Assembly (NCBI GenBank): GCA_040954595.2
Contig: CM082598.2
Location: 4,417,097 to 4,481,096, forward strand
Direction of reading: 5' to 3'
Length of the DNA: 64,000 nucleotides
Source of the DNA: Balanoglossus misakiensis
Lineage: Eukaryota; Animalia; Hemichordata
Part shown: one piece after another, positions 1 to 14,700 of the stretch
Position numbering within the stretch: position 1 is the first letter of the stretch
Layout: each line of letters begins with the position of its first letter
The notes under the pieces: model-generated
Databases searched by the model: none
What the model saw: the letters and a program-made list of their open reading frames with translations, nothing else
What the model was told of the DNA's origin: nothing
Position numbers and translations under genes: made by a program

Positions 1-1119
1 ATGTAAGGGACAGTTGACTCTGTGTTGGACGCTTTGCTTGGAAATTTGTTTGGTATGAAAAGAAGCGTGATTTGTTTGATTAGTTTTAGCCTGTTTGATT
101 TAAGTCAACTTGGCACAAATTGGAATAAACGTTCAGTGAAAATTCTAAGTCCTACCAAATTTTTTATATCATGTCTGAATTTATACTTTGCGGAATTTTT
201 ACTTTTGTATTGGAAATTCAAGTAAAAATGGAAATGACGATTTCATACAGAAGTAGTAGCAAACGAAGATTTTCTCTATGCATACGGCAAAATGGGATAA
301 TGAATTTACTTGGCATAATTTTGTAATAGAAACTTTATGCAAAGAAATCTCAAATAAGGTCAAAAAGAGCAACCGTCTCATGTAATTTGGGCAAAATGCA
401 GAGTATTGTGCTAACAATGATAGGAAGACCAACATTACAAATACATGTACCATAATGCTCCTGGTTAGAGCCCCTGCTAAGGCCAAGGCAACCCTTAACT
501 TGTAAGATTTTTTTTATAATGAAACTATTTCCTTCCAACTTCTAAAAACTGGGCATAGTTTTACATGGTAGAGATTTTTCTTATAGATGAATTAAATGAT
601 TGACAAATGTAGTAGAAGTGGGAAATATTTAGATAAATGTACAAAGTCTTTTGGAGTTCAATAATTTTGTCATTTTATACTCAAGGAAACGTGCATAAAT
701 ATGATCATTTGAATTTTAAAGAAAGTATAAATAAATTTGTGATCTTTCAAGAGTCTGTGTCATAGTTTTACTTGGGTAGAATTTTTTCTTATTTGTGAAA
801 AAACAATTGGCGTTTCTAGCAGAAGTTGCGAATAAATTTAGAGTTTTATCTACAATTTGTTATGGAGTTTAGTTTTTTCTTGCCATCTGATACATGGGCG
901 AGTGTATAAATTTGGTCATTCATTTTTGAATAAATTTAATGTTCTTTACTTTTGCCTAAGTGTTTCAGCAAATCTGCCAAAAGACCATTTTTAAACATAC
1001 TAAGGGCAGGCCCCTCCACCCAACCTTAACAAATTTTACGGACGAGACCCCCGAGGTTAAACCAGGAGAAATACAGTACTGTTGAATACTTCATTTTGAC
1101 TGGAACTTATTTCTGGTGA

Positions 1120-1770
1120 AAGCAACTTTTGAATTTTTGTGTTATTTCGTTTATACTTTTCCTTATAAACATATCGTTGATTGTTGGAAATAAATCTTTT
1201 GAGAAAACCAAGTTTCAAATTTCATATGGTTTTATTTACACTTTTTCTTGTAAACATGTTCGAAATAACTTTTAGTGTAAACAATTTTTGAATTTTCCTG
1301 TGATTTTATCTTCACTTTTGCTTGTAAACATGTCCGAAATAAATTTTAGTGTAAACAAATTTTGAATATTCCCGTGATATTGTTTTCATTTTTTCTTGTA
1401 AACATGTCCGAAATAAATTTTAGTAAAAACAATTTTTGAATTTTCCTGTGATTTTATCTTCACTTTTGCTTGTAAACATGTCCGAAATAAATTTTAGTAA
1501 AAACAAATTTTGAATCTTCTTGTGATTTTATTTTCACTTTTCCTTGTAAACATGTCCGAAATAAAATTTAGTAAAAGCAAATTTAGAATTTTCCTGTGAT
1601 TTTATTTTCACTTTTACTTGTAAACATTTCGTTGAGAGTGGGTAATATATCTTTTGTGTAAACAAATATGAATTTTTCTGTGATTTTATTTTCACTTTTT
1701 CTTGTAAACATGTCCGAAATAAATTTCTAATGAAAACAAATTTTGGATATTCCTGTGGTTTAATTTCACT
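1120..1770. repeat. Tandem minisatellite, 74-bp unit, about 8 degenerate copies
   Basis: The motif taaacat recurs at 1251, 1325, 1399, 1473, 1547 and 1621 (74-bp period). Confidence 0.9.
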
Positions 1771-1895
1771 GAGAATTTTGCATGAGATTCTTTTTCAGTG
1801 GTTACGCGAGTCCAGTATTTGAAATGAAGTATTCCATAGTATTAGTATACAGTTTGACATAAACATGCTAATGTTAATACTAGAACATTACTTAA

Positions 1896-2625
1896 GATAG
1901 TATGCGCTTCAGGGTCAAATCCTGCGAAGAAAACGATAGTCCTCCAAACAAATTGGCAGCAATTTTTAGCTCGAAATTTTAAACAATTTACCCAACGTTC
2001 AGACTTTTAAGAGACAGTAATCTAAAGTTCCTTTGAGCAAAATTCAAATTAAAAACAATTTAGAATCTTCAAAAAATTTTCAATTCTGCGCTACATTAAT
2101 TGATTAGGAATCTTTTTGGGAACAAACAAACGAAAATAGTGTTCATCTTATTTTCATGGAAACCGTTACTGTAAATTTCTATGTTTAAAATTTTCAATTT
2201 AGCCCGTAATTTTTTTCACAATATTTAGAATAATATAAAGTTGCTGTGAGCAAAATACAAGAACAAGTTATCAACAATTTAGAGTCTTCCAAACTTTTCA
2301 ATTCTGTGTTACATGGATTGTTTAGGAATGTTTTTGGAAACAAACAAAAACGATGTTTCATTTTCTAAAAAAGACTTTGCTGTAAAATTAGAGTAAAATT
2401 TTAGAAAAGGTTTGATATTCTTCCAAGCTTTACATGAAATTGTTCGAGTCGTTTAGAAGAAAAAAAGAAATACAGCCATCTTGTTTTCATAACAATCATT
2501 ATTTCATGGAGATAATTTGGTTCCATTTCCCCAATTTTCATTCTCAATTTTGCAAGATTAATCTAACATTGCCTTGAGCACAAACAAGAAAAAATTTAAG
2601 ACTGAATTTTGTGGCGCATACTACC
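1896..2625. mobile_element. Non-autonomous TTAA-target DNA transposon (Kolobok-like)
   Basis: Terminal inverted repeats (TIRs) gatagtatgcgc / gcgcatactacc, each flanked by TTAA (1892-1895, 2626-2629). Confidence 0.7.
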
Positions 2626-3039
2626 TTAAAATGATCACAACAGAAATTATTAAATTATCTTACACAATTAACACCTAATCATCTTACCTTTTACCCATCT
2701 ATTGAGTCTTGCATCTACAGCATGTGCATATGGATCTAATGATGGCTGCTTTGTGATGTGTTATCACATCACGTGCAGCAGAATGTCTTAAGTCCTAAAC
2801 TGCTTTTGCACATGCTGTATTGACGTCTGAGGGAATTTTTTATGCATATTTTATTAATTGGTTTAGAGTCATTTTTAGTCAAAGTTCAGTGTTATTGAGT
2901 CCGCGGGCATTGTGCCACATAATTTCTGATGAGAATATATTTGAAAAGCATTTGCTTTTTGTTGGTCACAAATAGTAAAAATCAATATAGTATTTCATGT
3001 TGTTGGGAGTCTCCATAACCAATATCAATCGCGGATCTC

Positions 3040-3217
3040 CATAAAAAATCAATCAAAAACATTTACATTGCGCTAAAATCCAGAGAACTGTTCAGTGACG
3101 CCCGATGGTTGTTCACACACTGTAGGCTGTTTTAAACAAGTGAGTCTTCAGCTTCCCCTTAAAAGAGTCTGGACTGGTAGCTAGACGAATGTCATCAGGT
3201 AGTGAGTTCCAGAGCTC
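3040..3217 (-). mobile_element. 5'-truncated 3' end of an L2/CR1-group LINE
   Basis: The minus strand translates LWNSLPDDIRLATSPDSFKGKLKTHLFKTAYSV*, the typical ORF2 C-terminus of L2/CR1 elements, followed by a short UTR and a ttga-type tail. Confidence 0.75.
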
Positions 3218-3579
3218 CTGGTATTTCTTCTTTCAGCCATCCAGTACCCGAAATAATTTGGATTCATCTTTGATCAATATGGACCACGTCTGAGAACATG
3301 CAAAAAAAAAACACCACATGTGCCAATTAGAGTAATTGTAGTTTTTAGAACAAAATAAAGATTTACTGAAATTTCTGTATTTTATTGAAATCATAGCTTC
3401 TTTTTAGGCAGACACCATGTATATGACTGAGTTCACGTATTGACAGAGCCACCGATTCAGGGCGCTGTCATGAGGGCGCTGCCATACCTTTGGAGTTAGA
3501 TATTTGAACACAAGTTAACAAAAATTTGCCTAAGAAAACAACATTCAAGACATACAAGTTCAATAAAGCGAGTTATATT

Positions 3580-5795
3580 TTTACAGATATTCGTAATAAA
3601 TTAAGTATCACGAAATCTCACAAAAGGTGCAAAATTATCTATTCAAAAAAAGACCGACTTTCATAAATTGGCTAGAAATCCGTTGCTACGGTAATTAATT
3701 AAGTCTCACGAGATCTCACAATGGGTGGAATATTATCTATTCGAAAAAAGACCGACTTTTATAAATTGGCTAGAAATCCGTTGCTACGGTAATTAATTAA
3801 GTCTCACGAAATCTCACAATAAGTGGAAAATTATCTATTCGAAAAAGAGCGACTTTTATAAATTGGCTAGAAATCCGTTGCTACGGTAATTAATTAAGTT
3901 TCACGAAATCTCACAATAAGTGGAAAATTATCTATTCGAAAATAGTTCGACTATTATGAATTGGGTAGAAATCCGTTGCTACGGTAATTAATTAAGTCTC
4001 ACAAGATCTGATAAAGAGTTGAAATTTATATATTCGACTTTCATAAATTGGGTAGAAATCCGTTGCTACGGTAATTTATTTAATCTCACGGGATCTCACA
4101 ATGAGGTCGAAAATTATCTATTCGAAATAAGATCGACTTTTATAAATTAGCTAGAAATCCGTTGCTACGGTAATAAATTAAGTCTCACGAGATCTCACAA
4201 TGGGTGGAAAATTATGTATTCCAAAAAAGATCGACTTTCATAAATTGGCTAGAAATCCGTTGCTACGGTGATAAATTAAGTCTCACGAGATCTCACAATT
4301 GGTGGAAAATTATGTTTTCCAAAAAAGACCGACTTTCATAAATTGGCTAGAAATCCGTTGCTACGGTAATTAATTAAGTCTCACGAGATCTCACAATGGG
4401 TGGAAAATTATGTATTCCATAAAAGACCGACTTTTATAAATTGGCTAGAAATCTGTTGCTACGGTAATAAATTAAGTCTCACGAGATCTCAAAATGGGTG
4501 GAAAATTATGTATTCCAAAAAAAATCGACTTTTATAAATTGGCTAGAAATCCGTTGCTACGGTAATAAATTAAGTCTCACAAGATCTCACATTGGGCGGA
4601 AAATTATGTATTCCAAAAAAGATCGACTTTTATAAATTGGCTAGAAATCCGTTGCTACGGTAATAAATTAAGTCTCACAAGATCTCACATTGGGCGGAAA
4701 ATTATCTATTCCAAAAAGACCGACTTTTATAAATTGGCTAGAAATCCGTTGCTACGATAATAAATTAAGTCTTAAAAGATCTCACATTGGCCGGAAAATT
4801 ATCTATTCGAAAAAAGACCGACTTTTATAAATTGGCTAGAAATCCTTTGCTACGGTAATTAATTAAGTCTCACGAGATCTCACAATGGGTGGAAAATTAT
4901 GTATTCCAAAAAAGATCGACTTTTATAAATTGGCTAGAAATCCGTGGCTACGGTAATTAATTAAGTCTCACAAGATCTCACATTGGGCGGAAAATGATCT
5001 ATTCCAGAAAGGACCGACTTTTATAAATTGGCAAGAAATCCGTTGCTACGGTAATTAATTAAGTCTCACAGGATCTCACAATGGGTGGAAACTTATCTAT
5101 TCGAAATATGATCGACTTTTATAAATTAGCTAGAAATACGTTGCTACGGTAATTAAATAAGTCTCACGAGTTCTCATAATGTGTGGAAAACTATCTATCC
5201 GAAAAAAATCGACTTAAATAAATTGGCTAGAAACCCGTTGCTACGGTAATTAATTAAGTCTCACGAGATCTGATATAGAGTTGAAATTAATCTATTCGAA
5301 AAAGATCGACTTTTATAATTTGGGTAGAAATCCGTTGCTACGGTAATTAATTTAATCTCACGGGATCTCACAATGAGGTCGTAAATTATCTTTTCGAAAT
5401 AAGATCGACTTTTATAAATTAGCTAGAAATCCGTTGCTACGGTAATTAAATAAGTCTCACGAGATCTCATAATGCGTGGAAAATTATCTATCCGAAAAAA
5501 TTTCGACTTAAATAAATTGGCTAGAAACCCGTTGCTACGGTAATTAATTAAGCCTCACGAAATTTGATATAGAGTTGAAATTAATATATTCGAAAAAGTT
5601 CGACTTTCATAAATTGGGTAGAAATCCGTTGCTACGGTAAATAATTAAGTCTCACAAGATATGATAAAGAGTTGAAATTTATCTATTCGAAAAAGTTCGA
5701 CTTTCATAAATTGGGTAGAAATCCGTTGCTACGGTATTTAATTTAATCTCACGGGATCTCACAATGGGTGTAAAATTATCTATTCGAAATATGAT
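3580..5795. repeat. Satellite array, ~98-bp unit, about 22 copies
   Basis: cgttgctacggtaat recurs at 3681, 3779, 3876, 3974 and onward to ~5720. Confidence 0.95.
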
Positions 5796-5797
5796 TA

Positions 5798-6140
5798 CTC
5801 AATAAAAGAAAAGTTGTCAAAACTTACTTTCTCTATTCAGGTCTTCCAACCAGAAACTTGCGTCTTGTTCCAAAACGGGAATCTTCGGATTGCGACGTCC
5901 TTCTCTCTTGATGAAGAATTTACAGCTTGGTTTTCCATTTTCACGAATATGACTGGGAATCGTTAACTATGGCCACAGATTGTTCATTTCCTGTTAATTT
6001 TCCAACTGGACAATGGAGGACGAAGACCGCGTATGATTTCCTTGCATTCCTGTAAGAAATTGAAAAAGGGAAAGGATCAGTTAGATATTTCAATAGAAGT
6101 CAAAACCACACAGGACAAAGACCTTAATTCCGTCTCAAAT
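5798..6140 (+). repeat. Direct-repeat copy of 7328-7680 (partly the foldback arm sequence)
   Basis: ctcaataaaagaaaagttgtcaa...caccacacaggacaaa-type block present at both positions. Confidence 0.85.
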
Positions 6141-7484
6141 TAGTCACTACACTTGGACTTGTTGATTGGAATCGACACGTTCAAAAATTCGAGTACTTTC
6201 AAAAAAATTCAAATAAATCTTGGTGATTTCAGATTTATTATTGGTTGGAATGGTTCAATTGGAATAGCACTGAAATCTACCTGCTGTTAAACACGTTGGG
6301 CGATAAATAAATCAAACATTCAAACATATCGATAAGGTTAATAAACCTACTCGTTTTAAACTCGACTTCTTTTATTTCTCAAATTCCGTTAGCATGCAGT
6401 AAAATATTTAGGATAGTGGTACATGCTTCCTGCAGTATCAAAGGGCCGCAAAATCAATAGAAGCGACACGTGTTATTTTTAAATTTAAAGTGTAGTTTTA
6501 TTTTCAAATGTATTTGGGCTAGTTTCGGAAGTTTTCTTTAGTAGTACGGACCTTATAAGCGCTCTATTTAATATGTTTCCTAAACTCTTTGTGACTTAAA
6601 AATGTTACGTTTATGCTACCTTAATACGAGTAGAAGTATTCACATATTATGTCCATATGGCGAGAAGTTTAGATTTAAAGAAACGACAAGAAATCCTTAA
6701 TTAGGGTATACCGAAGGATTCAAATTGCCAAGCCACGTTTGCGAAAGTTAACATTTCAAATTCAATCAAAATGTAAAAGTTTCCATGGTTTGTTTGTGTA
6801 GAAAGAATACGGAACCATACAATTTCGAAAAGGCGCCATTTTTCGCGCCTTCGGCCAGTGACGTCACATATATGCAAATGTTGACAGCTACGAGTCAGCT
6901 CATAAAAATCTGCAAGGAATTTTCCAAAGATTTCAGAATTTTACAAACGTTAACTTTTTAAGAGCCGCTAGCATGTCGAAATTATAAAGGTGGTTTTCAA
7001 AAAGCAAAGTATTCATTTTGTGAAATTGTATACGCTGATCTCAAACGATTGTATTTTTTAAAGAAAAAAGTACGGTTAACAGTATTATCCACGATGACTT
7101 TCATAATTCTATCCAAAATCGGCAAAGGAGTTGAAAATTAAGCGATTTCAGAGGTATTGAAAATATTCGGAGCTATAAAATCCATAGAACTTCAACAATG
7201 GAACAAGAAGATTTTGCACATGAAAAAGCGCGTGTTTGCAGCAATTTCAACTGAAGCGCGAATCCTTGAGCCATTTTACAATACAATATTCCCGCCGATG
7301 GCCCTATGTTTAACACAAAAATACACAACTCAATAAAAGAAAAGTTGTCAAGACTTACTTTCTCTATTCGGGTCTTCCAACCAGAAACTTGCGTCTTGTT
7401 CCAAAACGGGAATCTTCGGATTGCAACGTTCATCTCTCTTGATGAAGAATTTACAGCTTGGTTTTCCATTTTCACAAATATGAC

Positions 7485-9115
7485 TGGGAATCGTTAACTT
7501 TGGCAGATTGTTCATTTCCTGTTCATTTTCCAATTGGACAATGGAGGACGAAGACGGCGTATGATTTCCTTGCATTTTTGTGTATTCCTTTAAGAAATTG
7601 AAAAATGCAAAGGATCGGTTAGATATTTCCATGGAAGTCAAAACCACACAGGACAAAACCTTATTTTGCCTCAAATGCGGTGACTGTCACTTACCAAATT
7701 CGAACATCAATACAGTCAAAATTGCAGAAATCCGCGCCAAAAACGTCTTTTTGTCAATTCAACTACTTGTTAGTTTTTCAGTATGTGGCATGATAAGGTG
7801 GAAAAGCTTGAATTAGCCGCGATCATGCTCAGAACGGGAAGCTAAAAGTTCGCGCCATCGAACCACACCCAAACCCGCGAACCACACCCTAGTCTGTCGA
7901 TCGTATCTACTACATGCGACGCGCTTACAATCAAGCAAAACAAAATCGACGTGGCATGGACTGGCAATAGTATAAACTGTTGGAGTACATACCTGTTGTC
8001 GATGTGATGTGCTTTTGGGGTGGCTAAACTTCAACTGCTGCGATGTTGTCACGTACGCGCTGTCACTCACAATAATGAAGACTTGATCTGTCGATCACAT
8101 TAAGTGCGGTGACTTGACTTCCTATAGGCATATTCAAATTATGACTTCATAGATTGACAGACACGTGATTACAAAACATCAGCCAATAGATTCAAACATT
8201 GCGCCAACCGTCACTGCACCTTAGTGAAGAATTCTCACTATGAAGGCTGTCCATTGTCGATGACACCTGGTTTCTCTGTTACATAAAACAGCATAACCAC
8301 TGAATGCATTGTTCCTGAATACACGCATACACAACTGTCAAAGGTGGAGTGACAGTTGGCGCAATGTTTGAATCTATTGGCTGATGTTTTGTAATCACGT
8401 GTCTGTCAATCTATGAAGTCATAATTAGAATATGCAAGTAGCAAGTCCAGTCTCTGCACTGAACATAATTCGATCATCATTGTGAGTGACAGCGCCTACA
8501 TGACAACATCGCAGCAGTTGAAGTTTAGCCGCCCAAAAATCTACGCACAGTGCAGCACATCACATCGACAACAGGTATGTACTTCAACATTTTATACTAT
8601 TGCCAGTCCTTGCTACATCAAACTAGCCCTTATTTCCGCGTCGATTTTGTTTTGCTTGATTGTAAGCGCGTCGCATGTAGTAGAATGATACGATCGACAG
8701 ACTAGGGTGTGGTTCGCGTGTTTGGGTGTGGTTCGATGGCGCGAACTTTTAGCTTCCCGTTCTGAGCATGATCGCGGCTAATTCAAGCTTTTCCACCTTA
8801 TCATGCCGCATACTGAAAAACTAACAAGTAGTTGAATTGACAAAAAGACGATTTTGGCGCGGATTTCTGTCATTTTGACTGTATTGATGTACAAATTTGG
8901 TAAGTGACAGTTACCGCATTTGAGGCAAAATTACGGTTTTGTTCTGTGTGGTTTTGACTTCTATGGAAACATCTAAACTGATCCTTTCCATTTTTCAATT
9001 TCTTAAAGGAATGCACAATAATGCAAGGAAATCATACGCGGTCTTCGTCCTCCATTGTCCAGTTGGAAAATTAACAGGAAGAGAACAATCTGCGGCCAAA
9101 GTTAAGGATTCCCAA
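7485..9115. mobile_element. Large foldback / inverted-repeat element (arms ~740 bp, spacer ~120 bp); extra tandem copy of the right arm at ~9117-9706
   Basis: 8131-8215 is the reverse complement of 8349-8435, and 7813-7900 of 8690-8790. The ORF track shows the same pseudo-peptides on opposite strands. Confidence 0.8.
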
Positions 9116-10301
9116 TCATTGTGAGCGACAGCACCTACGTGACAACATCGCAGCAGTTGAAGTTTAGCCGCTCCAAAAGTCTACGGAGACTACGCACAGC
9201 ACATCACATCGGCAGCAGGTATGTACTTCAACAGTTTATACTATTCCCAGTCCATGCTGCATAAAGCTAGCCCTTATTTCCGCGTCGATTTTGCTTTACT
9301 TGATTTTAAGCGCGTCGCATGTAGTAGATACGATCGACAGACTAGGGTGTGGTTCGCGGGGTTGGGTGTGGTTCGATGGCGCGAACTTTTGACTTTCCTT
9401 TCTGAGCATCATCGCGGCTAATTCAAAGTTTTCCACCTTATGAACGTGCCGCATACTGAAAAACTAACAAGTAGTTGAATTGACAAAAACGACGATTTTG
9501 GCGCGGATTTCTGTCACGTGGACTGCATTAATGTTCGAATTTGGTAAGTGACAGTTAACCGCATTTGAGGCAAAATAAGGTCTTTGTCCTGTGTGGTTTT
9601 GACTTCTATGGAAATATCTAACATTCCTTTCCATTTTTCAATTACAGGAAGACACAATAATGCAAGGAAATCATACGCGGTCTTCGTCCTCCATTGTCCA
9701 GTTGGAATCCGAAGATAATATTTGCATATTCTAATTTATGACATCATAGAATGACACTTGGTTTCTCTGATACGCGAAACAATCCCCCGTTGATTTTATC
9801 GGTTCATCATACCCAACATTGAATGGTACAGCCCACGGAATGTATGACTTCTGAATACATGCTATAAGTTGAACAATTGATTTTCCTAACTGACATGTAA
9901 ATTAAATATCAAAACTGTATGTGTAGCTTTTTTTTTAATAAAACAATGTCAGTTCTTGATGTGACTGGCAAATGAGCAGACACACAGAATACAATGCACA
10001 ATCTGCCTGTCTGCTAATGTCTTGGTGCAATTTACTCTTAACTTTTCATAGTGATTACAGAATACAGATTCAATACTGCACTTTATTGAGTGTCCAAATA
10101 CGGTTTAATTAATACACATAGAAACAATATCTCTGTATAGTTTCATCCAATTCTGTGCAAGAAGTCTAGATACACGACAATATTGAACATCCAACTGTGC
10201 AGTCCGCTCCTGGCAAACGTTATAAAACTAGATGCAGTACATTAGGAAATAAATCATGAGTTAGAAATATGCAAACAAGTTTACAATTCTCCCTACCTTA
10301 A

Positions 10302-10504
10302 AGGGAAGGGTTCGTCAGGCCAGATAGGGTCCCCTTGAGAATATGTCCTCCCGTACCAGAGCAAACCCCACTGCAGTCGCCACGACCTACTAGGATCTTC
10401 AGTTGCTGCCATGTCCTGTCATGTCGTTCATTCTAAGAATTATCTAGTTTTGTGGATGAACTGTAAAGTTTATAAACAAACACGGTGTGACGACCCCTTA
10501 ACTT
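10302..10504. mobile_element. ~200-bp TTAA-flanked MITE (second copy, inverted, at ~24105-24330)
   Basis: Ends ttaaagggaagggttcgtc ... gacgaccccttaactttaa; the internal sequence is the reverse complement of 24105-24330. Confidence 0.75.
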
Positions 10505-11718
10505 TAAATAGATTTTTGCTATTTAGGTAAGTGAAGAAAACCTTGTATGGTAGACACAATTTCAAGATGGCCGATTGTTGCCATGTTTAAGACAAATGTT
10601 TGGCCAAAGGAAGTCATAAAAATCGGTCAACATACAGTTTCTTCTGTCTCATACAACAGCCAAAATTGACAAGGCAAAATTAGTATCAAATTGCCATGTT
10701 TTTTTATCAATTTAACAGCAGTACAGTTACATTCCTTTGCATCATGCAGAATTACAAGACAGGATTATTAAAATCTCACTTGGTCATAACATGGACTTGT
10801 TCTACTCCAGTTAACATTATAAAATTACAAAGTATTCAACTCTGCTTTTTGTCACGTTAAGAATGCATAAAAGTAATTGACACCACAGAAATGGTGAGAA
10901 AATGTGGGGTAGACAATTTATGCAAATATGTGTGAACTACTTTATGTTTAACAATCAGTCTTTTAGATTCTATCTGCAAATAAACTGACTGTGCTCTTAC
11001 CTTCGGAAAATATTCCAACCAATCTGTTGTCGCATCCAAAACAGACACAACATATACTGGACGTCCTTGCAAGCCAACTTCCACATAACATATACAAATA
11101 GAATTTATCTACGTTGCATAAGGACATCATTAAGGATTTTATTAATTACATTGGTAGGTGGCACTTAACTGCATTGGTAGATGGTACTTTTTTAAAGATG
11201 GAAGGGTACAGTAATCAATCACTCAGTACATAATATCAAATATGACTGATTTTCAATTTCATTCTCAGCATGAGAGCCACACATAATCAGATCACTGATT
11301 CCATGCAATGAATGCAAGTGAACGTATATCAATTTTTGTTACTTCCATTGGAAACAGTCCTGTCCAGTGAGGGGCCTTTAAAGGGTTTCTCGTAAAATGT
11401 AGTATACAACTCAAAAAGACTCAACTTTTTCTCTTATTTTTGCTCAAGGATACTTTGGATTATACCCTCTTCAAATTTAGAATATAAATTGAAGGTCACT
11501 GTGCAAAATTTTGTACGATACGGCAAAATTGCCGCAAATTTGAAATTCAAAATGGCTGCCGATCTTCGTGTTAACTCTTTGGAGACGATTCACACTAGTT
11601 TTGTGGATAACATTCTCAAAAGTTCAGTTGGTATTTCACTGGTAGTTTCTGTTTCCAATGTACATTTCTCTGATAGGTCCTGCGATTCCGAGATTCTTAT
11701 TTTATCGTCGCGAAAGTC

Positions 11719-14700
11719 TCATTCAAACCATTTTTCCCTTTTCCTTTTAGTCGTCCTGGCAGGCTTCCTAGCTTTCTTGTTTTGGTATTGTTGGACCAAG
11801 TTGTCGAAATCGTCCCTGCTGGCTGGCCGTTTCCTTTTTGGTTTCTTCGCTTTTGGAGCTTTGACCTGAATGAATAAAATAGCACACATGAAAAGTGGGA
11901 AATGATTCTTTAAGGAGGATTAACACTTTCGGCTCATAACATGTTTGGAGTTCACAGTGGTAACATCTCAGGCACAGATCCAGTAAGCAAGTAATTCAGA
12001 AATAATTTGTAACACACACTGAAATAACTTTGTCTACTTGACCATGAATCTCTAAGGAGATTCTGTGATTTATTCAACGAGCTAAGAACTCTGCAGCTAT
12101 TATAGTTTCTTACAAAGCTTTTAGTTCCATCTGGCAACCTCATAATCAACCAAGTCTCGCGAGATCTCGCAATGAGCCGGAAATCATCTATTGGAACAGA
12201 GAAACTTTTCAGAGATGCAGGTTTCAAAATAATAAGACCTACCATTGATTTTGCAGGAAAGGACCCACCCTGGTCACTCTTCATCTTACTCTGTCTCACA
12301 GCTCGTCTGCTCTGCTTGTCCTTGGGCGGTTTGGCCGTGGGTTTCTTGTTTCGATCTCTCTGTCGTATCTTGGGGCCAGAGTGTGAAGGTAGACCCTTCT
12401 TCACTTTCTGACCCATGGCCGTTAACGCGATTTCTGGGACGAGTTTCTTCTTCTTTTGATGACTTGATTTGATGATTTCCTTCTTCTCATCTTGGCTAAG
12501 ATTGTGTTTCAACTATCACAAGAAAACACATTCAATTATTCATTCACTTATTTATTTTGTAAGATAATTAGTAAATTAGTTAACCAATCAATAAAACAAC
12601 CAATCTCTTGATTAATCACTCAATCAATATTAATTGATTAATTATTGACCAATTGATTGATTGATTGATTCATTCATTATTGATTGGTTTAGAATCAATT
12701 AATTAATTACGTGATCAATCAGTCAAATAAAAAATCGGTTTATATTGATTTATGATTACTCTAAGTAATTAATTCTTTGAATCAAACATGACAATAAAGT
12801 TCATACAAAATTACTAAAAAATACAGAAATCTAAGGTTTGATAATAGGACCAGTAAGAAAGTATGCCACTGCTTTCAAACATAAACATTATAGAAGACAT
12901 AGACTTACCAGTGATTTCTGTTTCCGCCTCTCCTTGGCTAGCAGTGCCCTTTTATTTTCAAGTGAAAACTCCACAATCGGTCTCTGAGAGTGAGATAACA
13001 CTATATCAGAATGCATTCAAGGACCCAGTGTCATAATGATGACTCTATAATACCTTGTGTATCTGCTGATATGATAAAGCAAACGTGAGTTTGTGCAGTT
13101 AATCTGGATTCAAATCCTGTAAAATACAAGTCGATATTCTCCTTGGACAATAATTTAAACCTCACCTTGTCTTTCCCAAATATATCTGGGTTGTTGTTGA
13201 TGTGCTGTAGTGCTTTCAAGGCGTGTTCATGTTCTGAGAATTCCACGAATGCGTAACCACGCGACTTTGCGACTTTCTGGGCGTTCACCTGAGATAAGTC
13301 TCGCATCACCCGGGCCTTCAGAGAGAAAAATACAGATCACAAGGGATTTATCACACATTTAAAAGAGGCAGTCTATCGTGTTATGTGCATATGCGTAATT
13401 TTGTCTGTACAAACATTACGTCTAATCCAAATGTTCTGCAAATTTTGCATTTGCTGCATTCAAAAAATGGACTGCCTTAACTTCCTACCATATTTCACGC
13501 GCACTGCAAAAGTAGACTTTATTTTGTCCCTTCTTTTCCCCCAATTTGCTGTCATTTCTCAGAGTCTCTGGTTTGGTACATGCCCATAGGACGATCGTCG
13601 CCCTTTAAAGTAGCCAGAATTGTGGTGAAGACACTGTACAATTATTCCCCCTGGTCACTGGAACTGACAATAACATTTCCAGGAACTCACCTCTGTAATG
13701 TTCACCCCTTTGTCATTAACAGCTTTCCAGAATGCCCCCCTCAGCTGTTTATCATCGACCGACTTCGGCAGATTGTGAACGCTGAGTCTCGTCGGTGAGA
13801 TGAAGATGTCTAAACTTTTCAGTTTCTGTCGCTTCACCGATTCCAGTTTTGACCGCTTGCTCACATCGGCCGGCGAGAGACCCTCGGCTTCCTTGGTGCC
13901 CGGTCGAATCACTGTCAATCAAAGAACAAGGTTAATGAGCCAGTGTATAATGAAAGCGGATCGAGCTACACAAGAAATGTACTGACCATAGGTTTTACAT
14001 CAGTTCAGTCCCATACGACACAGTTCCTAGCAAGACAAACTAGCCCCAAACTTCTACAATGTACATAATTGCAAACAATGTGGTTCTTACTTTGTATTAC
14101 ACTGTAGTGTAACTGCTACAGTGTACATCATTGCAAACAATAGGGTTGTTACTTTGTATTACACTGTAGTGTAACTGCTACAATGTACATCATTGCAAAC
14201 AACGTGGTTGTTACTTTGTATTACACTGTAGTGTAACTGCTACAAAGTACATCATTGCAAACAATGTGGTTGTTACTTTGTATTACACTGTAGTGTAACT
14301 GCTACAATGTACATCATTGCAAACAATGTGGTTGTTACTTTGTATTACACTGTAGTTTAACTGCTACAATGTACATCATTGCAAACAATGTGGTTTTTAC
14401 TTTGTATTACACTGTAGTGTAACTGCTACAATGTATATCACTGCACACAATGCCATTGTTATTTTGTATTTTATCGCATTTTCAAGTTACTTTGATACAA
14501 AATGTTTGGTTGGGGGTCTCCCTGACCAGTGGATGGAAACAATGCTGATGGTGTGTTTATAAACAGAAAATTTACACATGTGCAGTTAAGACTTACATCC
14601 CACTCTTGCTAAATACAAGTTTCTCTTATCCTTGTTCTTTTTCGGTTCCTTTTTCTCTTTCATCAGTTTTTGTGCATCATCTCTGCTCAGCGCCATGGTT

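Noticed and set aside
2688-2827. Possible minus-strand exon (cag acceptor, gtaaga donor)
   Set aside because: No convincing reading frame or partner exons; it cannot be supported without transcripts.
3580-5795. CRISPR-like appearance (conserved core with variable intervening sequence)
   Set aside because: The intervening sequences are homologous to each other, there are no cas genes, and the context is eukaryotic. It is a satellite.
7173-9421. Several similar 60-110 aa ORFs on both strands
   Set aside because: Products of the inverted and tandem repeat, frameshifted between copies, with no recognisable domain.
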